Source of the DNA: Phycisphaeraceae bacterium
Lineage (GTDB): Bacteria; Planctomycetota; Phycisphaerae; Phycisphaerales; Zrk34
Length of the DNA stretch: 53,783 nt
Assembly: GCA_040905565.1 (NCBI GenBank)
Contig: JBBDRF010000077.1
Span: 1 to 53,783, forward strand
Direction of reading: 5' to 3'
Shown here piece after piece: positions 39,270 through 47,871 of this stretch. The position numbers and the translations under genes were made by a program. The notes beneath the pieces are model-generated. The model was not told the origin of the DNA. It was given only the letters and a program-made list of their open reading frames with translations, and ran no database searches. Every line of letters begins with the position of its first letter. The stretch's first letter is position 1.

Positions 39270-40112
39270 CTACTGTTGGATACCGATGAGGTCTTTGACG
39301 GTTGCATTCACGCCGACAAAATTCGTGCGATCTTCCCTCGGGTTCCGCACGGCGATGTCGAAACCGTCCCGGCCGACCTGCCTGGCAATGGTGAGCAGGG
39401 CCTCGGCGTCGTCGGGCTCGACTTCGACGGTGATCGAGCCGAACGTGCCTGGCCGGCCGCCTGCTTCGTCGGTGCTGGTGCCCACGGCGACGACGCGGAC
39501 GCGCTCCATTACGGGGAGTGTGCGCGGCGCGTCGCCTTCTTCGCTGAACGTGCCGAGGATGTCGATCAGCATCCCCGGCCGCAGCAGGCCCGACGCGTTG
39601 CGACTGTTCACAGGTAGGGCGATGCCTCGCTTGCCGTCGGCGATTTTGTGGTCCAGCGCCTCGCGCGATTCTCGGAACAAAGCCGTCGTCAGCGGATCGC
39701 CTTCACGTGCCGACTGCGCCAGCCGTTGCCCGTCCCAACTGATGATGTTGTCCGGTCCGATCGCACCGCTGATCGAATCGGCGAACTCTTCGGGGATGCG
39801 AACCAGCACGAGGTCGCGGCGTTCGCTGAGGACGTGCCCCGGCTGAAGCTCTTTGTTGAAGCGGTAAACTTCGACGGAGCGGCCCGCCGCTTCGCTGCGC
39901 ACCATCGCGATGTAGACGTTGGTGAGGATGACGACCAGCAGGCCGAGCACGATGGCGACGATCATGACCGTGCCGCTGCCGCCGGTATTCGTTGTGCTTC
40001 GGCCGGGCGCGCCGGGTGTGGTCTGACTGCGACCGCGGACGGTCCCGGTCACGTTGCTGGTATGAGCCGCGGTTGCGTTGGCGGCGGTGAGGTTTGTCTG
40101 CGTAACGCTCAT
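39270..40112 (-). CDS. cpaB: Flp pilus assembly protein CpaB/RcpC
   Basis: TM, SAF-like domain, GKRGIALPV..ASGLLRPG.IDIL, VRVVAVG, ITVEV.P.DAE.L, RNP; start MSVTQT inferred. Confidence 0.85.
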   Translation of the reverse strand: MSVTQTNLTAANATAAHTSNVTGTVRGRSQTTPGAPGRSTTNTGGSGTVMIVAIVLGLLVVILTNVYIAMVRSEAAGRSVEVYRFNKELQPGHVLSERRDLVLVRIPEEFADSISGAIGPDNIISWDGQRLAQSAREGDPLTTALFRESREALDHKIADGKRGIALPVNSRNASGLLRPGMLIDILGTFSEEGDAPRTLPVMERVRVVAVGTSTDEAGGRPGTFGSITVEVEPDDAEALLTIARQVGRDGFDIAVRNPREDRTNFVGVNATVKDLIGIQQ

Positions 40113-40156
40113 GGTGTTTCTTCCTGCATGGCACACCCGCTCGGTGTGTGATCGAT

Positions 40157-41128
40157 TCAGAACGTGGGAGATTCGTTCACGGTGGGGCCCAGGTAGCGCG
40201 GTGTTTTGAGGTAGAAGCTGCGCATCAGGCCGCTCAGGGTTTGCTCGGGCGTGCGGCCGGTGCGCCACGCCTGGCTGCGCGCTTCGGCTTCCATCAAGAG
40301 GTCGAGCGATTCGAGGAACGCGTCGCGCGTGGCATCGACCGCAGCGGGGGAACCTTCAAGATCGCTCAGCCAATCGGGCGAAGCGGCACGCCAGTCTTCA
40401 ACGTAGGCCCAGTCGCCGCTGATGCGCCCCTGCCCACGGCGAATCGGGAAGCGCTCGGGGTTCTCGCCTTCGCCGGCCACGCTGCCGATGCGTCCCCACT
40501 GCTGAGCAGCCTGATCGTGGCGCACTTCATAACGCTCGCCCACGCCGCGCCGCTGACGGTAAGAGCCGGCCCCTTCGTGCAGCCATGCCCATGCGAGACG
40601 TGCTGCGTCACCGCTCTCGGACTCGGCTGAATCGAGCAGCTGACGGTACGGCGCGACGGGGAACACATCTTCGGAAAGGGTCTGCTGCACCGTGCTCTGC
40701 TGACCCGGGAAGAAGGCGGCGCGAAGCTGGTCGGCGGCGCCGTCGGCCTCGACTGCCGGCCCGGTGCCTTCCATCGCCGCACGCCACACTTCGTAACGGG
40801 CCATCGCGCTGCCCTGCTGCACCCGCACGCCGAGCGACCCGAAGTAGAACAGCAGTGCCAGTACGAGCATCAGCATCGGCATCACGAGCACGAACTCGGT
40901 CATCACGGCACCACGATGTGTGCGGCATAGCCGCGCACCCACATCGCTCACAACGAGCCGCGACCGTGAGGGAGCGGTCCGGCGTTCGACCACGACGAGC
41001 CGATGGGAGTTGCAGCGCGCTCCCGAAACGTCGCTCGCGAATCCGATCGTTTGTCGTGGCGCGGCGCACCACCGCTCCCTTACGGTCGCGGCTCGTTGCT
41101 TAGCGTTTTCGTGTCGCATCATGATCAT
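40157..41128 (-). CDS. TadE/TadF-like pseudopilin; leader region contains an in-frame 144-bp repeat element
   Basis: HRG^AVMTEFVLVMPMLMLVLALLFYFG prepilin-like N-terminus; start may be 41128/41122/41119 or a GTG after the element. Confidence 0.75.
   Translation of the reverse strand: MIMMRHENAKQRAATVRERWCAAPRQTIGFASDVSGARCNSHRLVVVERRTAPSRSRLVVSDVGARLCRTHRGAVMTEFVLVMPMLMLVLALLFYFGSLGVRVQQGSAMARYEVWRAAMEGTGPAVEADGAADQLRAAFFPGQQSTVQQTLSEDVFPVAPYRQLLDSAESESGDAARLAWAWLHEGAGSYRQRRGVGERYEVRHDQAAQQWGRIGSVAGEGENPERFPIRRGQGRISGDWAYVEDWRAASPDWLSDLEGSPAAVDATRDAFLESLDLLMEAEARSQAWRTGRTPEQTLSGLMRSFYLKTPRYLGPTVNESPTF
40953..41096. repeat. 144-bp REPIN/MITE-like element, family A, copy 4
   Basis: acgagccgcgaccgtgagggagcgg ... 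ccgctcccttacggtcgcggctcgt. Confidence 0.9.
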
Positions 41129-41131
41129 CTT

Positions 41132-43111
41132 TCAGTGACTCAGAATCAGCGGGGCGAGGGGTTCGACGGCTTGAAGATGTTCATAGACCCGTTGCGGTTC
41201 GCCCGGCGTGGTCAGGCCTCGCATGTCGGCGACCCATTGGTGAAGATCGTGCACCGCTTCGAGTTCCGCCCGCCAGCTCTGCGTCCACAAATCCCATGAA
41301 TGATGGTTAAAAACGCGCGCCTGCGCGATGGCGAGCATGTCGCCCGTCGGCCCGCCGCCGATGAAACGCTCGCCCCAGATGGCCGCTTCACTCTCCCGGC
41401 GAACAACGGCAAGCACACTCAGATAACGTCGGCGACCGTCGGCATCATCATGCCCCGCCCGCTCGGTGTTCAGCCGCATCGGGGCGGGGGCGTCGCGGCC
41501 GAGCCCCGCAAACGGATCGCGAATACCCGCTTCCTCGCCGACGTTCACGCCGGCAAAGACGACATGATCGACGCGGAAAATCGGCTGCGGTTGAAGCACG
41601 CCTTCCGCGTTGCGCTGGCCGGTGATGCCCACGTCGAGGTCGTAATAGACCATGTAATCCCACGTTTCCTCCCACACGCCTTCGCGCACCATGTCCACGT
41701 TGTACCACTCGCGGGGATTCTCCCAGCCGGGCTTGATGACGAGACGGCGGTTGCCGGTGTGTTCGTCACGCACCTCAGCCCAGGTGCCGTCGGCGAGGAA
41801 GTTGTCGTGGCCGGGCGGGAATCGGCTTTTGATTTCGACGGTGAAAAACGCCGTCTCTTTGATGCTCTGCGGATCGTTGTAAGCAAGGCGTTGCGCCTCT
41901 TCGAAATCGGTGCGCCAATCGGGTGCGACGATCGGTTGGTTGCCGTCCCAGTTGCTCCATTGCCGCAGGCGGCCGCGTGCGTCGGCTTCGCCGGCGGTGG
42001 TCCAGGGCGTGTCCGCCTCCTGCGTGGTGCCCGGCCAGATACGTTCGATCTTCGTGTCCGTGAGCCGCTGGGTGTACCAATCCATCCGCGTGGCACCGAG
42101 GCGAACGGCGGCGTGCTTGTGCACCTGCCGAAGCATCCATTCGAGCGGACCGAAGGTGCGGTAGGCCTGCGGCACGAAGTGGCTGTCGATGACGGTGACA
42201 TCCTCAACCGCCGCTCGCGTGACGGGCATCGCCTTTCGTCGCGGCACATGGGCGACTCGGCTGCGGCCTTCAATCTCCGTGCCCTGCACCCACAGGCCGA
42301 CCAAGTCGCGCCAGCCCAGTAGTGTGTCCCAGGGACCTCGGGCGTGGATGCGATGATCCTCAGTTTCGGGGAGCAGGCCTTGCATAACGGGGCGCTTGAA
42401 ATCGTCGAAGTTGCCGCGCGCGATCGGCGGTTGCACCTTCAGCGGGAGCAGTGTGACGGCGGCGGTGCCGGCGGCTGCGTCGGCGAGATTGGCTTGCCCG
42501 CCGGTTTCCGCTGCGGTTCGGACGGCGGCATCCATCTGCTCAGCGAGCGAGACGTTCAGCCGGTCGGCCGCTTCGATCGCGCGCCAGAGGCGGCCCTCGG
42601 ACTGGTACGACGTGGCCGTGGCGATGCCGCTGCGATCCATCGCCGCCGTGGTGCTACGCAGCTCCGCAAGCTGTTCGTCCATCTCCAGCAGTGTTTCGTG
42701 AAGTAGATCCGCGACCGCCGCGGCACGCCGGTCATCGTGGCTGAGGAAGCCCGCGGCGATGTGTTCTTCGAGCTTCTGTCGCAGCGTTTGCTGTTCCGTG
42801 AGCGAGAAGTTCGCTGCTTCTTCGGTGGCATCCATCACGGCGACGGCGGCGATGAGGCGCGCCATCTGCGTGTTGTTCGCGGCGATGGTGTTCAGCGAGC
42901 GCGCCATCCATCCCGCCCCGCCCGCAGCGGCGGCGTCCACCGCATGCTGGGCGGCCATGCGATCGTTCACGTGGCGGCCGAGGTTGATCACCCAGAACAC
43001 GAGGCCCGCCAGCAGCAGCAGCGCGAGCAGCATGACGACCATGACGACACCGCGGCGATCGGCGGTGCCGCCGCGCGGGCGAAAGTTGTGCGTCTTTCGC
43101 GCGTGGTTCAT
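41132..43111 (-). CDS. TadG-like large pseudopilin (Tad N-terminal domain)
   Basis: RRG^VVMVVMLLALLLLAGLVFWVINLG...AQHAVDAAA..GA..ARSLN.IA.NN. Confidence 0.8.
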   Translation of the reverse strand: MNHARKTHNFRPRGGTADRRGVVMVVMLLALLLLAGLVFWVINLGRHVNDRMAAQHAVDAAAAGGAGWMARSLNTIAANNTQMARLIAAVAVMDATEEAANFSLTEQQTLRQKLEEHIAAGFLSHDDRRAAAVADLLHETLLEMDEQLAELRSTTAAMDRSGIATATSYQSEGRLWRAIEAADRLNVSLAEQMDAAVRTAAETGGQANLADAAAGTAAVTLLPLKVQPPIARGNFDDFKRPVMQGLLPETEDHRIHARGPWDTLLGWRDLVGLWVQGTEIEGRSRVAHVPRRKAMPVTRAAVEDVTVIDSHFVPQAYRTFGPLEWMLRQVHKHAAVRLGATRMDWYTQRLTDTKIERIWPGTTQEADTPWTTAGEADARGRLRQWSNWDGNQPIVAPDWRTDFEEAQRLAYNDPQSIKETAFFTVEIKSRFPPGHDNFLADGTWAEVRDEHTGNRRLVIKPGWENPREWYNVDMVREGVWEETWDYMVYYDLDVGITGQRNAEGVLQPQPIFRVDHVVFAGVNVGEEAGIRDPFAGLGRDAPAPMRLNTERAGHDDADGRRRYLSVLAVVRRESEAAIWGERFIGGGPTGDMLAIAQARVFNHHSWDLWTQSWRAELEAVHDLHQWVADMRGLTTPGEPQRVYEHLQAVEPLAPLILSH

Positions 43112-45792
43112 GGCGCGTCCTTCTCCGCCGTTGCTGATCCGGCTTCCTTCCGCTCAACATCCTCAAGCATCTGCTGGAGTTGCTCGCTCGGTCGCATCCG
43201 CAAAGCCACGCGCAGGTAGGCCCGCGCCTGCTCCCACTGTTCCGCCTGCACCGCCCCGCGTGCCTGGGCCACGAGGTGCTCAAGCTCCAGTTCGAGTTGA
43301 AGCTCCTTGATGGCGCTGGCTTCGATCTTCGCTTCCTCCGCAATCTCGACAGCCTCGCGGTAAGCGGCCTTCGCCTGCCCGAATCGGCTTGCCTGTCGCA
43401 GCTGTTCCGCCTGCGTGCGCAGCTCGGCGATGGCGTGGTAGTCGTCAAGGCGATCGAGCAGGCGCTTCACTTCATCGTGTTCACGGTTCACCGCGGCCGC
43501 CTTGGTCAACGCTTCGCGCCCGTCGTCGAGGTCGCCTCGTTCGAGAGCGGCTCGGGCCTCGGAGGTGTGCTTGCGCACCAGTGCCGCGTTGAGCTGACCC
43601 TGAATGACGGGATCGTTCAGGACACGCATCGCCCGCTGATAAAGGTTCACTGCCTGTGAATAATCGCCCGCTGCCTCGGCCGCCTCGGCTGCGGCGATTA
43701 GCGACTCCTTCTGCCCCGCTCCCTGCACGCGCGCAAGCAACTGCTGAGCCTCGTCGTTCTGCCAGTGGCCGATGGCTTCAATGAGGAAACGGGCGGCGAC
43801 GTCCAGATCGCCCCGCGCCTCGGCGGCGCGGCCGTCTTCCAGGGCGGCGTCGCTTTGCGTCTGCGCCAGTCGATCCGCCAACTCCGCAGATGGGCGGACG
43901 CCGTAGGCGCGGTCGAGCGCCGTCACGGCCTCGCGCAATCTGCCCCGCCGAATCGCTGATTCCGCCTCGACCATGGCAGCGGTGTAGGCGATCTGATCGG
44001 TGACCTCCGTAAGCCGATGACGCAGGGCGTGATTCTCAAACTCCGCCTGGGCGTCGCTGAGAATCTGCTGCGCTTCCTCAAGTTCGCCACGCTCGATGAG
44101 GCGTTGGGCCCGTTCGTCGATGGCGAGGATGCGATGCCGGGCAGCCTGATCTTCGATGAGCGTGCTGAGGTCGCTCAGCTTGCTTCGCTCGGTACGCGTA
44201 AGCGCGCCGGCGGCGGCGGTGAGGGTCTGTCTGAGATCACGCAGATGATGCCGGGCTTCGTCGAACTCGGCGTTCTCCACGGCCTTCGCGATCACCCCCG
44301 CCTGCCGCACGAAGGCGCGACGGTTGGGCAGTTCCTCCTGCGCCGACTGCACATGCCGCATCAAACGTGAGGCGGCGACGCGTGTCGCTTCATGACTGTG
44401 AACAACATCATCCGCCCGGTTCACCGCAGCCGTCGCCGTGTTGTAGGCTTCGAGCGCGGCGTCGTAATTACCTTCGGCCATGGCGGTGTCTGCGGCATCG
44501 GTCTGCAGCATCGCCGACGCGAGCAGTGCGTATGCCTCCGCCCCCACGCCCCACTGCGGATGCGTCTGCCACTGGTCGGAAAGGTCCGTCCATATCCGCT
44601 CGGCCTCGTCGTACTGGCCGTTATCGAAAGCCGTCATGGCCGCTTCAAACGCCTGCGTGGCCGTGGCCTCCCGGGCGACCTCAAGCTGGCCACGGCGGTG
44701 CGCGTCAAACGCCCACAGCCCGCCCAGCACGACCACGTTCAACACGATGATCGCCGCGATCCAGGGCATGTAATTCTTGCGAGCCGGTAGGGGGGCTGTC
44801 TGGTCTTCGTCGGTTGTGTCGATCGCCGCGGTGGCGGGCCCCGATTGAACATTGGGAACGGGGCGCGGTGTGGGATGCTCACGGGGCACGCCGCTGGCGG
44901 TCGGTCCGGTCGGCCGAACGAAGTGACGCTCGATCGCCTCAAGCAAAGCGTCGGCACCCTGGATGCGCCGTGACAGTTCCTTCGCCATCATGCGATCGAC
45001 CAGATCGACCAGCAACGGCGGCACGTTCGGAGCCACGGTCGCAACGCTCGGCACCGTCGCCCGCACATTCGTGTGCCACTTCATCCAGCGGACCGCACGG
45101 TTCCGCTTATCACGCAGCACCGCCCGGAAAGTCTGCTCATAGTTCGCCCGGCCGACGAGCATCTCGTAAGCGATCAAGCCGAGCGCATAGATATCGGCGC
45201 GGCCGTCGACGGGATTGTCCCCGAACAGTTCCGGCGCCATGTAGGCGGCTGTGCCCATCGGCAGCGCCTCCTGCTGTGTGACGAGCGAGGCCAGGCCGAA
45301 GTCACCGACCTTCGCGCCGGTCGGTGAGAGCAAAATATTCGCGGGCTTGAGATCACGATGGACCACGCCCGCCCGGTGCATCGCCGCCAGCGCCATCGCC
45401 ACTTCGCGGACCACGGCCAACGCCTTGAGCGGCTCGATGGGCTCGCGATGCTGCGCGAGCGCCTCTTCCAGGCTCACGCCGTCGACGTACTCCATCACGA
45501 TGAAAAGGCCCCGACCTTCGCTGAGGACTTCGATCACTTCGACGAGTCGCTCGCACTGCTGTGACAGCGTTTTCTGAAGCTCGCCCTCCTGCCGGAACCG
45601 CCTTCTCGCGAGTTCGTCAGCGGCGTCGGCGGCGGCGATCTGCTTGATCGCGACGGCCCGGTCGAGCAGCCGATCGTGGGCGCGCCAGACGATGCCCATC
45701 CCGCCACTGCCGATCTGGGCGACGATGTCGTAGGGCCCCAGCTTGTCGCCGGCGGCGAGGGTGCCGTTTGCTATGTTCTCGCTCGTCGTCAT
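43108..45792 (-). CDS. Hanks-type Ser/Thr protein kinase with TM helix and TPR-like extracytoplasmic region
   Basis: IGSGGMGIV, VAIK, VHRDLKPANIL, DFG, GTAAYMAPE, DIYALG; TM WIAAIIVLNVVVLGGLW; stop overlaps the next start (ATGA). Confidence 0.93.
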   Translation of the reverse strand: MTTSENIANGTLAAGDKLGPYDIVAQIGSGGMGIVWRAHDRLLDRAVAIKQIAAADAADELARRRFRQEGELQKTLSQQCERLVEVIEVLSEGRGLFIVMEYVDGVSLEEALAQHREPIEPLKALAVVREVAMALAAMHRAGVVHRDLKPANILLSPTGAKVGDFGLASLVTQQEALPMGTAAYMAPELFGDNPVDGRADIYALGLIAYEMLVGRANYEQTFRAVLRDKRNRAVRWMKWHTNVRATVPSVATVAPNVPPLLVDLVDRMMAKELSRRIQGADALLEAIERHFVRPTGPTASGVPREHPTPRPVPNVQSGPATAAIDTTDEDQTAPLPARKNYMPWIAAIIVLNVVVLGGLWAFDAHRRGQLEVAREATATQAFEAAMTAFDNGQYDEAERIWTDLSDQWQTHPQWGVGAEAYALLASAMLQTDAADTAMAEGNYDAALEAYNTATAAVNRADDVVHSHEATRVAASRLMRHVQSAQEELPNRRAFVRQAGVIAKAVENAEFDEARHHLRDLRQTLTAAAGALTRTERSKLSDLSTLIEDQAARHRILAIDERAQRLIERGELEEAQQILSDAQAEFENHALRHRLTEVTDQIAYTAAMVEAESAIRRGRLREAVTALDRAYGVRPSAELADRLAQTQSDAALEDGRAAEARGDLDVAARFLIEAIGHWQNDEAQQLLARVQGAGQKESLIAAAEAAEAAGDYSQAVNLYQRAMRVLNDPVIQGQLNAALVRKHTSEARAALERGDLDDGREALTKAAAVNREHDEVKRLLDRLDDYHAIAELRTQAEQLRQASRFGQAKAAYREAVEIAEEAKIEASAIKELQLELELEHLVAQARGAVQAEQWEQARAYLRVALRMRPSEQLQQMLEDVERKEAGSATAEKDAP

Positions 45793-45846
45793 CGCTTTCC
45801 TCTTCCTTGTGTGTCGGCCTCGGGCCGGTCAGCGGCGGTCGTCATG

Positions 45847-46743
45847 TCACGGCGTCCGGGGCAGGTCGGGCGCGTCGGGCAGTTGCTCGGGGAGGCCGAA
45901 GTTCGTCAGCATCGACCGTGCGCCGAGCTTCATGGTGAGGCCGCCCCAGGTCGTCTCGCCGTCGGCGAAAATGCGATTCACATACGGCACCGAAAGATGC
46001 AGCCGATGCTCGACGTGCACCGCCACCGCATCACGCGGCCCCCAAATCGTCGTCCCCCGCTCGGCACGAACCTCGCCGCCGTCGGTCCAATCGCCGCCGC
46101 TGCCTGCTTCGCTGCCGTGCATGCGAAACAGTTCGATCTCGGTGTGCTCCAGCGCGTAATTCATGCGGCCGGGCATGCGATCGTGAATCCAGACCGGTTC
46201 CCGCTCGCCCAGCCTTCGGTGCATGGTGGCGAGTCCTTGAGCGACACCCGGGCCGAGCGTTGCACCGTCCGTCGCCGATCCGCGCGGGCCGGCGACGGGA
46301 AGCAGCGCCACCGCCGCCGCCCGATGAATCGCCTCTCGTTTGCGGCTGCCACGAGCGTCGGCGTACCAGTTCACCGGCTCGTGCTCGTAGGCCTTGGGAA
46401 TCTGCACGACCGCACTCCTTGTCGCGGCGAAGGCGCTGTAATGAACGAACAGGTTGCCGCCCATCACCAGCGTCGTCTGCACGAGCAACAGGATCACGGT
46501 CAAAAGCACCGGCAAAATCAGGGCGAACTCGATCGTCGCGGTCCCGCCTTCATCGGCGAGGCCGCTTCGCTTCGGCGTCGTCGGCATCTCGCTCAGCCGG
46601 GCAGCGGTCCGCAGCAGCACCGCTGCGGCGGCGATCAGCACGACCATCATCAAGGCGCAGCTGATCGCCACGGGGGACGCCATCGCCTGCCACCACCACG
46701 ACCACAGCCATGCATCGACATTGCCGTTGCTGATCACGTTCAT
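45847..46743 (-). CDS. TadE-like pseudopilin
   Basis: EGG^TATIEFALILPVLLTVILLLVQ...VHYSAFAATRSA. Confidence 0.82.
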   Translation of the reverse strand: MNVISNGNVDAWLWSWWWQAMASPVAISCALMMVVLIAAAAVLLRTAARLSEMPTTPKRSGLADEGGTATIEFALILPVLLTVILLLVQTTLVMGGNLFVHYSAFAATRSAVVQIPKAYEHEPVNWYADARGSRKREAIHRAAAVALLPVAGPRGSATDGATLGPGVAQGLATMHRRLGEREPVWIHDRMPGRMNYALEHTEIELFRMHGSEAGSGGDWTDGGEVRAERGTTIWGPRDAVAVHVEHRLHLSVPYVNRIFADGETTWGGLTMKLGARSMLTNFGLPEQLPDAPDLPRTP

Positions 46744-46778
46744 TCCTTCTCAAGGCAGCGGCACATCACGCTGCCCGT

Positions 46779-47396
46779 TCATCCCACAAAACCCGCCCAA
46801 GGCGTCCGCACCCCCAACAACAACTCCACGCCTGCCACGCACCCGCCCAAAGCAATCGCCACCGCAAACGGCACCCCCCCACCTTGCTCGACGTTCTCCT
46901 CGGCCGCGGTCGAGGCGTTCGGCGACGCGCTCGGCCCGCCCAGCAGGACGGCTACGAAAATCCGTTGCGCCGTTTCACGCACGATGCCTTTGCCGACCAT
47001 GATGCCGACGGCCATGACGGCTCCGATGACGAAGGCATACACCGTTGTGGCGAAGACGATGCGCCAGTCGCCGCTGATCGCGCCGACGGCGGCCATGAGT
47101 TTCACGTCCCCGCCGCCGAGACCTCCCATGGCGAAGATCAACGCGAATCCGACCACGGCGACGACACAGGCGATCAGCGAACCGTTCAGTTCCATCGCCA
47201 TGCCGCTGAGCCCGCCTGCGAACCAGCCGCCGATCGCCGCGAGCGCGAAGCCTGCCAGCACCGCTGCATACGTGAGCGTGTTGCGCACTTTGCCGGTGCG
47301 GACATCGGCCACAGCCGCGGCGATCAGCACGCCGACCAGCAGCACCATCGCCGTGATCGGATGCGCCATGCTTACCAGCTCGGGTGACGGTTGCAT
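46779..47396 (-). CDS. cpaA: Prepilin peptidase CpaA/TadV (A24)
   Basis: AAVADVRTGKVRN, GGGDVKLMAAVGA, VPFAVAI. Confidence 0.92.
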   Translation of the reverse strand: MQPSPELVSMAHPITAMVLLVGVLIAAAVADVRTGKVRNTLTYAAVLAGFALAAIGGWFAGGLSGMAMELNGSLIACVVAVVGFALIFAMGGLGGGDVKLMAAVGAISGDWRIVFATTVYAFVIGAVMAVGIMVGKGIVRETAQRIFVAVLLGGPSASPNASTAAEENVEQGGGVPFAVAIALGGCVAGVELLLGVRTPWAGFVG

Positions 47397-47398
47397 GG

Positions 47399-47605
47399 TC
47401 AGAACGCCTGCGGGTCATAGGAGTCGCTGCTGCCACGGATGCGGACCGCTTCGCCGCCGACCCAATCGGTGATGTAGTCACGGAAGTAGATCAGCAGGCC
47501 GAGCAACGGCAGCACCACGGCCGCCACGATCAGCAGTTTTTCCAGGCCCTCCGCACCACGTTCATCGCGATGCAGCCGACGCAAAAGCGTGAGCATTCCC
47601 TTCAT
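47399..47605 (-). CDS. Flp-like pilin
   Basis: LRRLHRDERG^AEGLEKLLIVAAVVLPLL: class IVc-like leader with +5 Glu. Confidence 0.78.
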   Translation of the reverse strand: MKGMLTLLRRLHRDERGAEGLEKLLIVAAVVLPLLGLLIYFRDYITDWVGGEAVRIRGSSDSYDPQAF

Positions 47606-47661
47606 CTCCAACTCCATGTCAAGAGGAACCGGGCGATCCAAACAAGCCGCCGGTCGCGCCG

Positions 47662-47871
47662 TTACGGGAACGGCAGCGCGTTGATCGTCGTCATCATCTC
47701 GTAGTGCCCGGTCAGCGCGCTCAGCGCCAACTGCACTGTCACATAGCCCGGCAGCGCGATGGCTGCCAACAGCAACGCCCACTCCAATGACGTCGCTGCG
47801 TGCTCGTCTTCCGCCAATGCCCGCCATGTTCGGGCCGGCCTGCGTGGTGGCTCACGCCTGATCGTGTTCAT
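47662..47871 (-). CDS. Flp-like pilin (divergent)
   Basis: LAEDEHA^ATSLEWALLLAAIALP; start overlaps the stop of the upstream tadA (ATGA). Confidence 0.72.
   Translation of the reverse strand: MNTIRREPPRRPARTWRALAEDEHAATSLEWALLLAAIALPGYVTVQLALSALTGHYEMMTTINALPFP

Noticed and set aside
4622..41096. Family A repeats as a CRISPR-like array
   Set aside because: They are dispersed inverted pairs rather than tandem direct repeats with spacers, and no cas genes are present.
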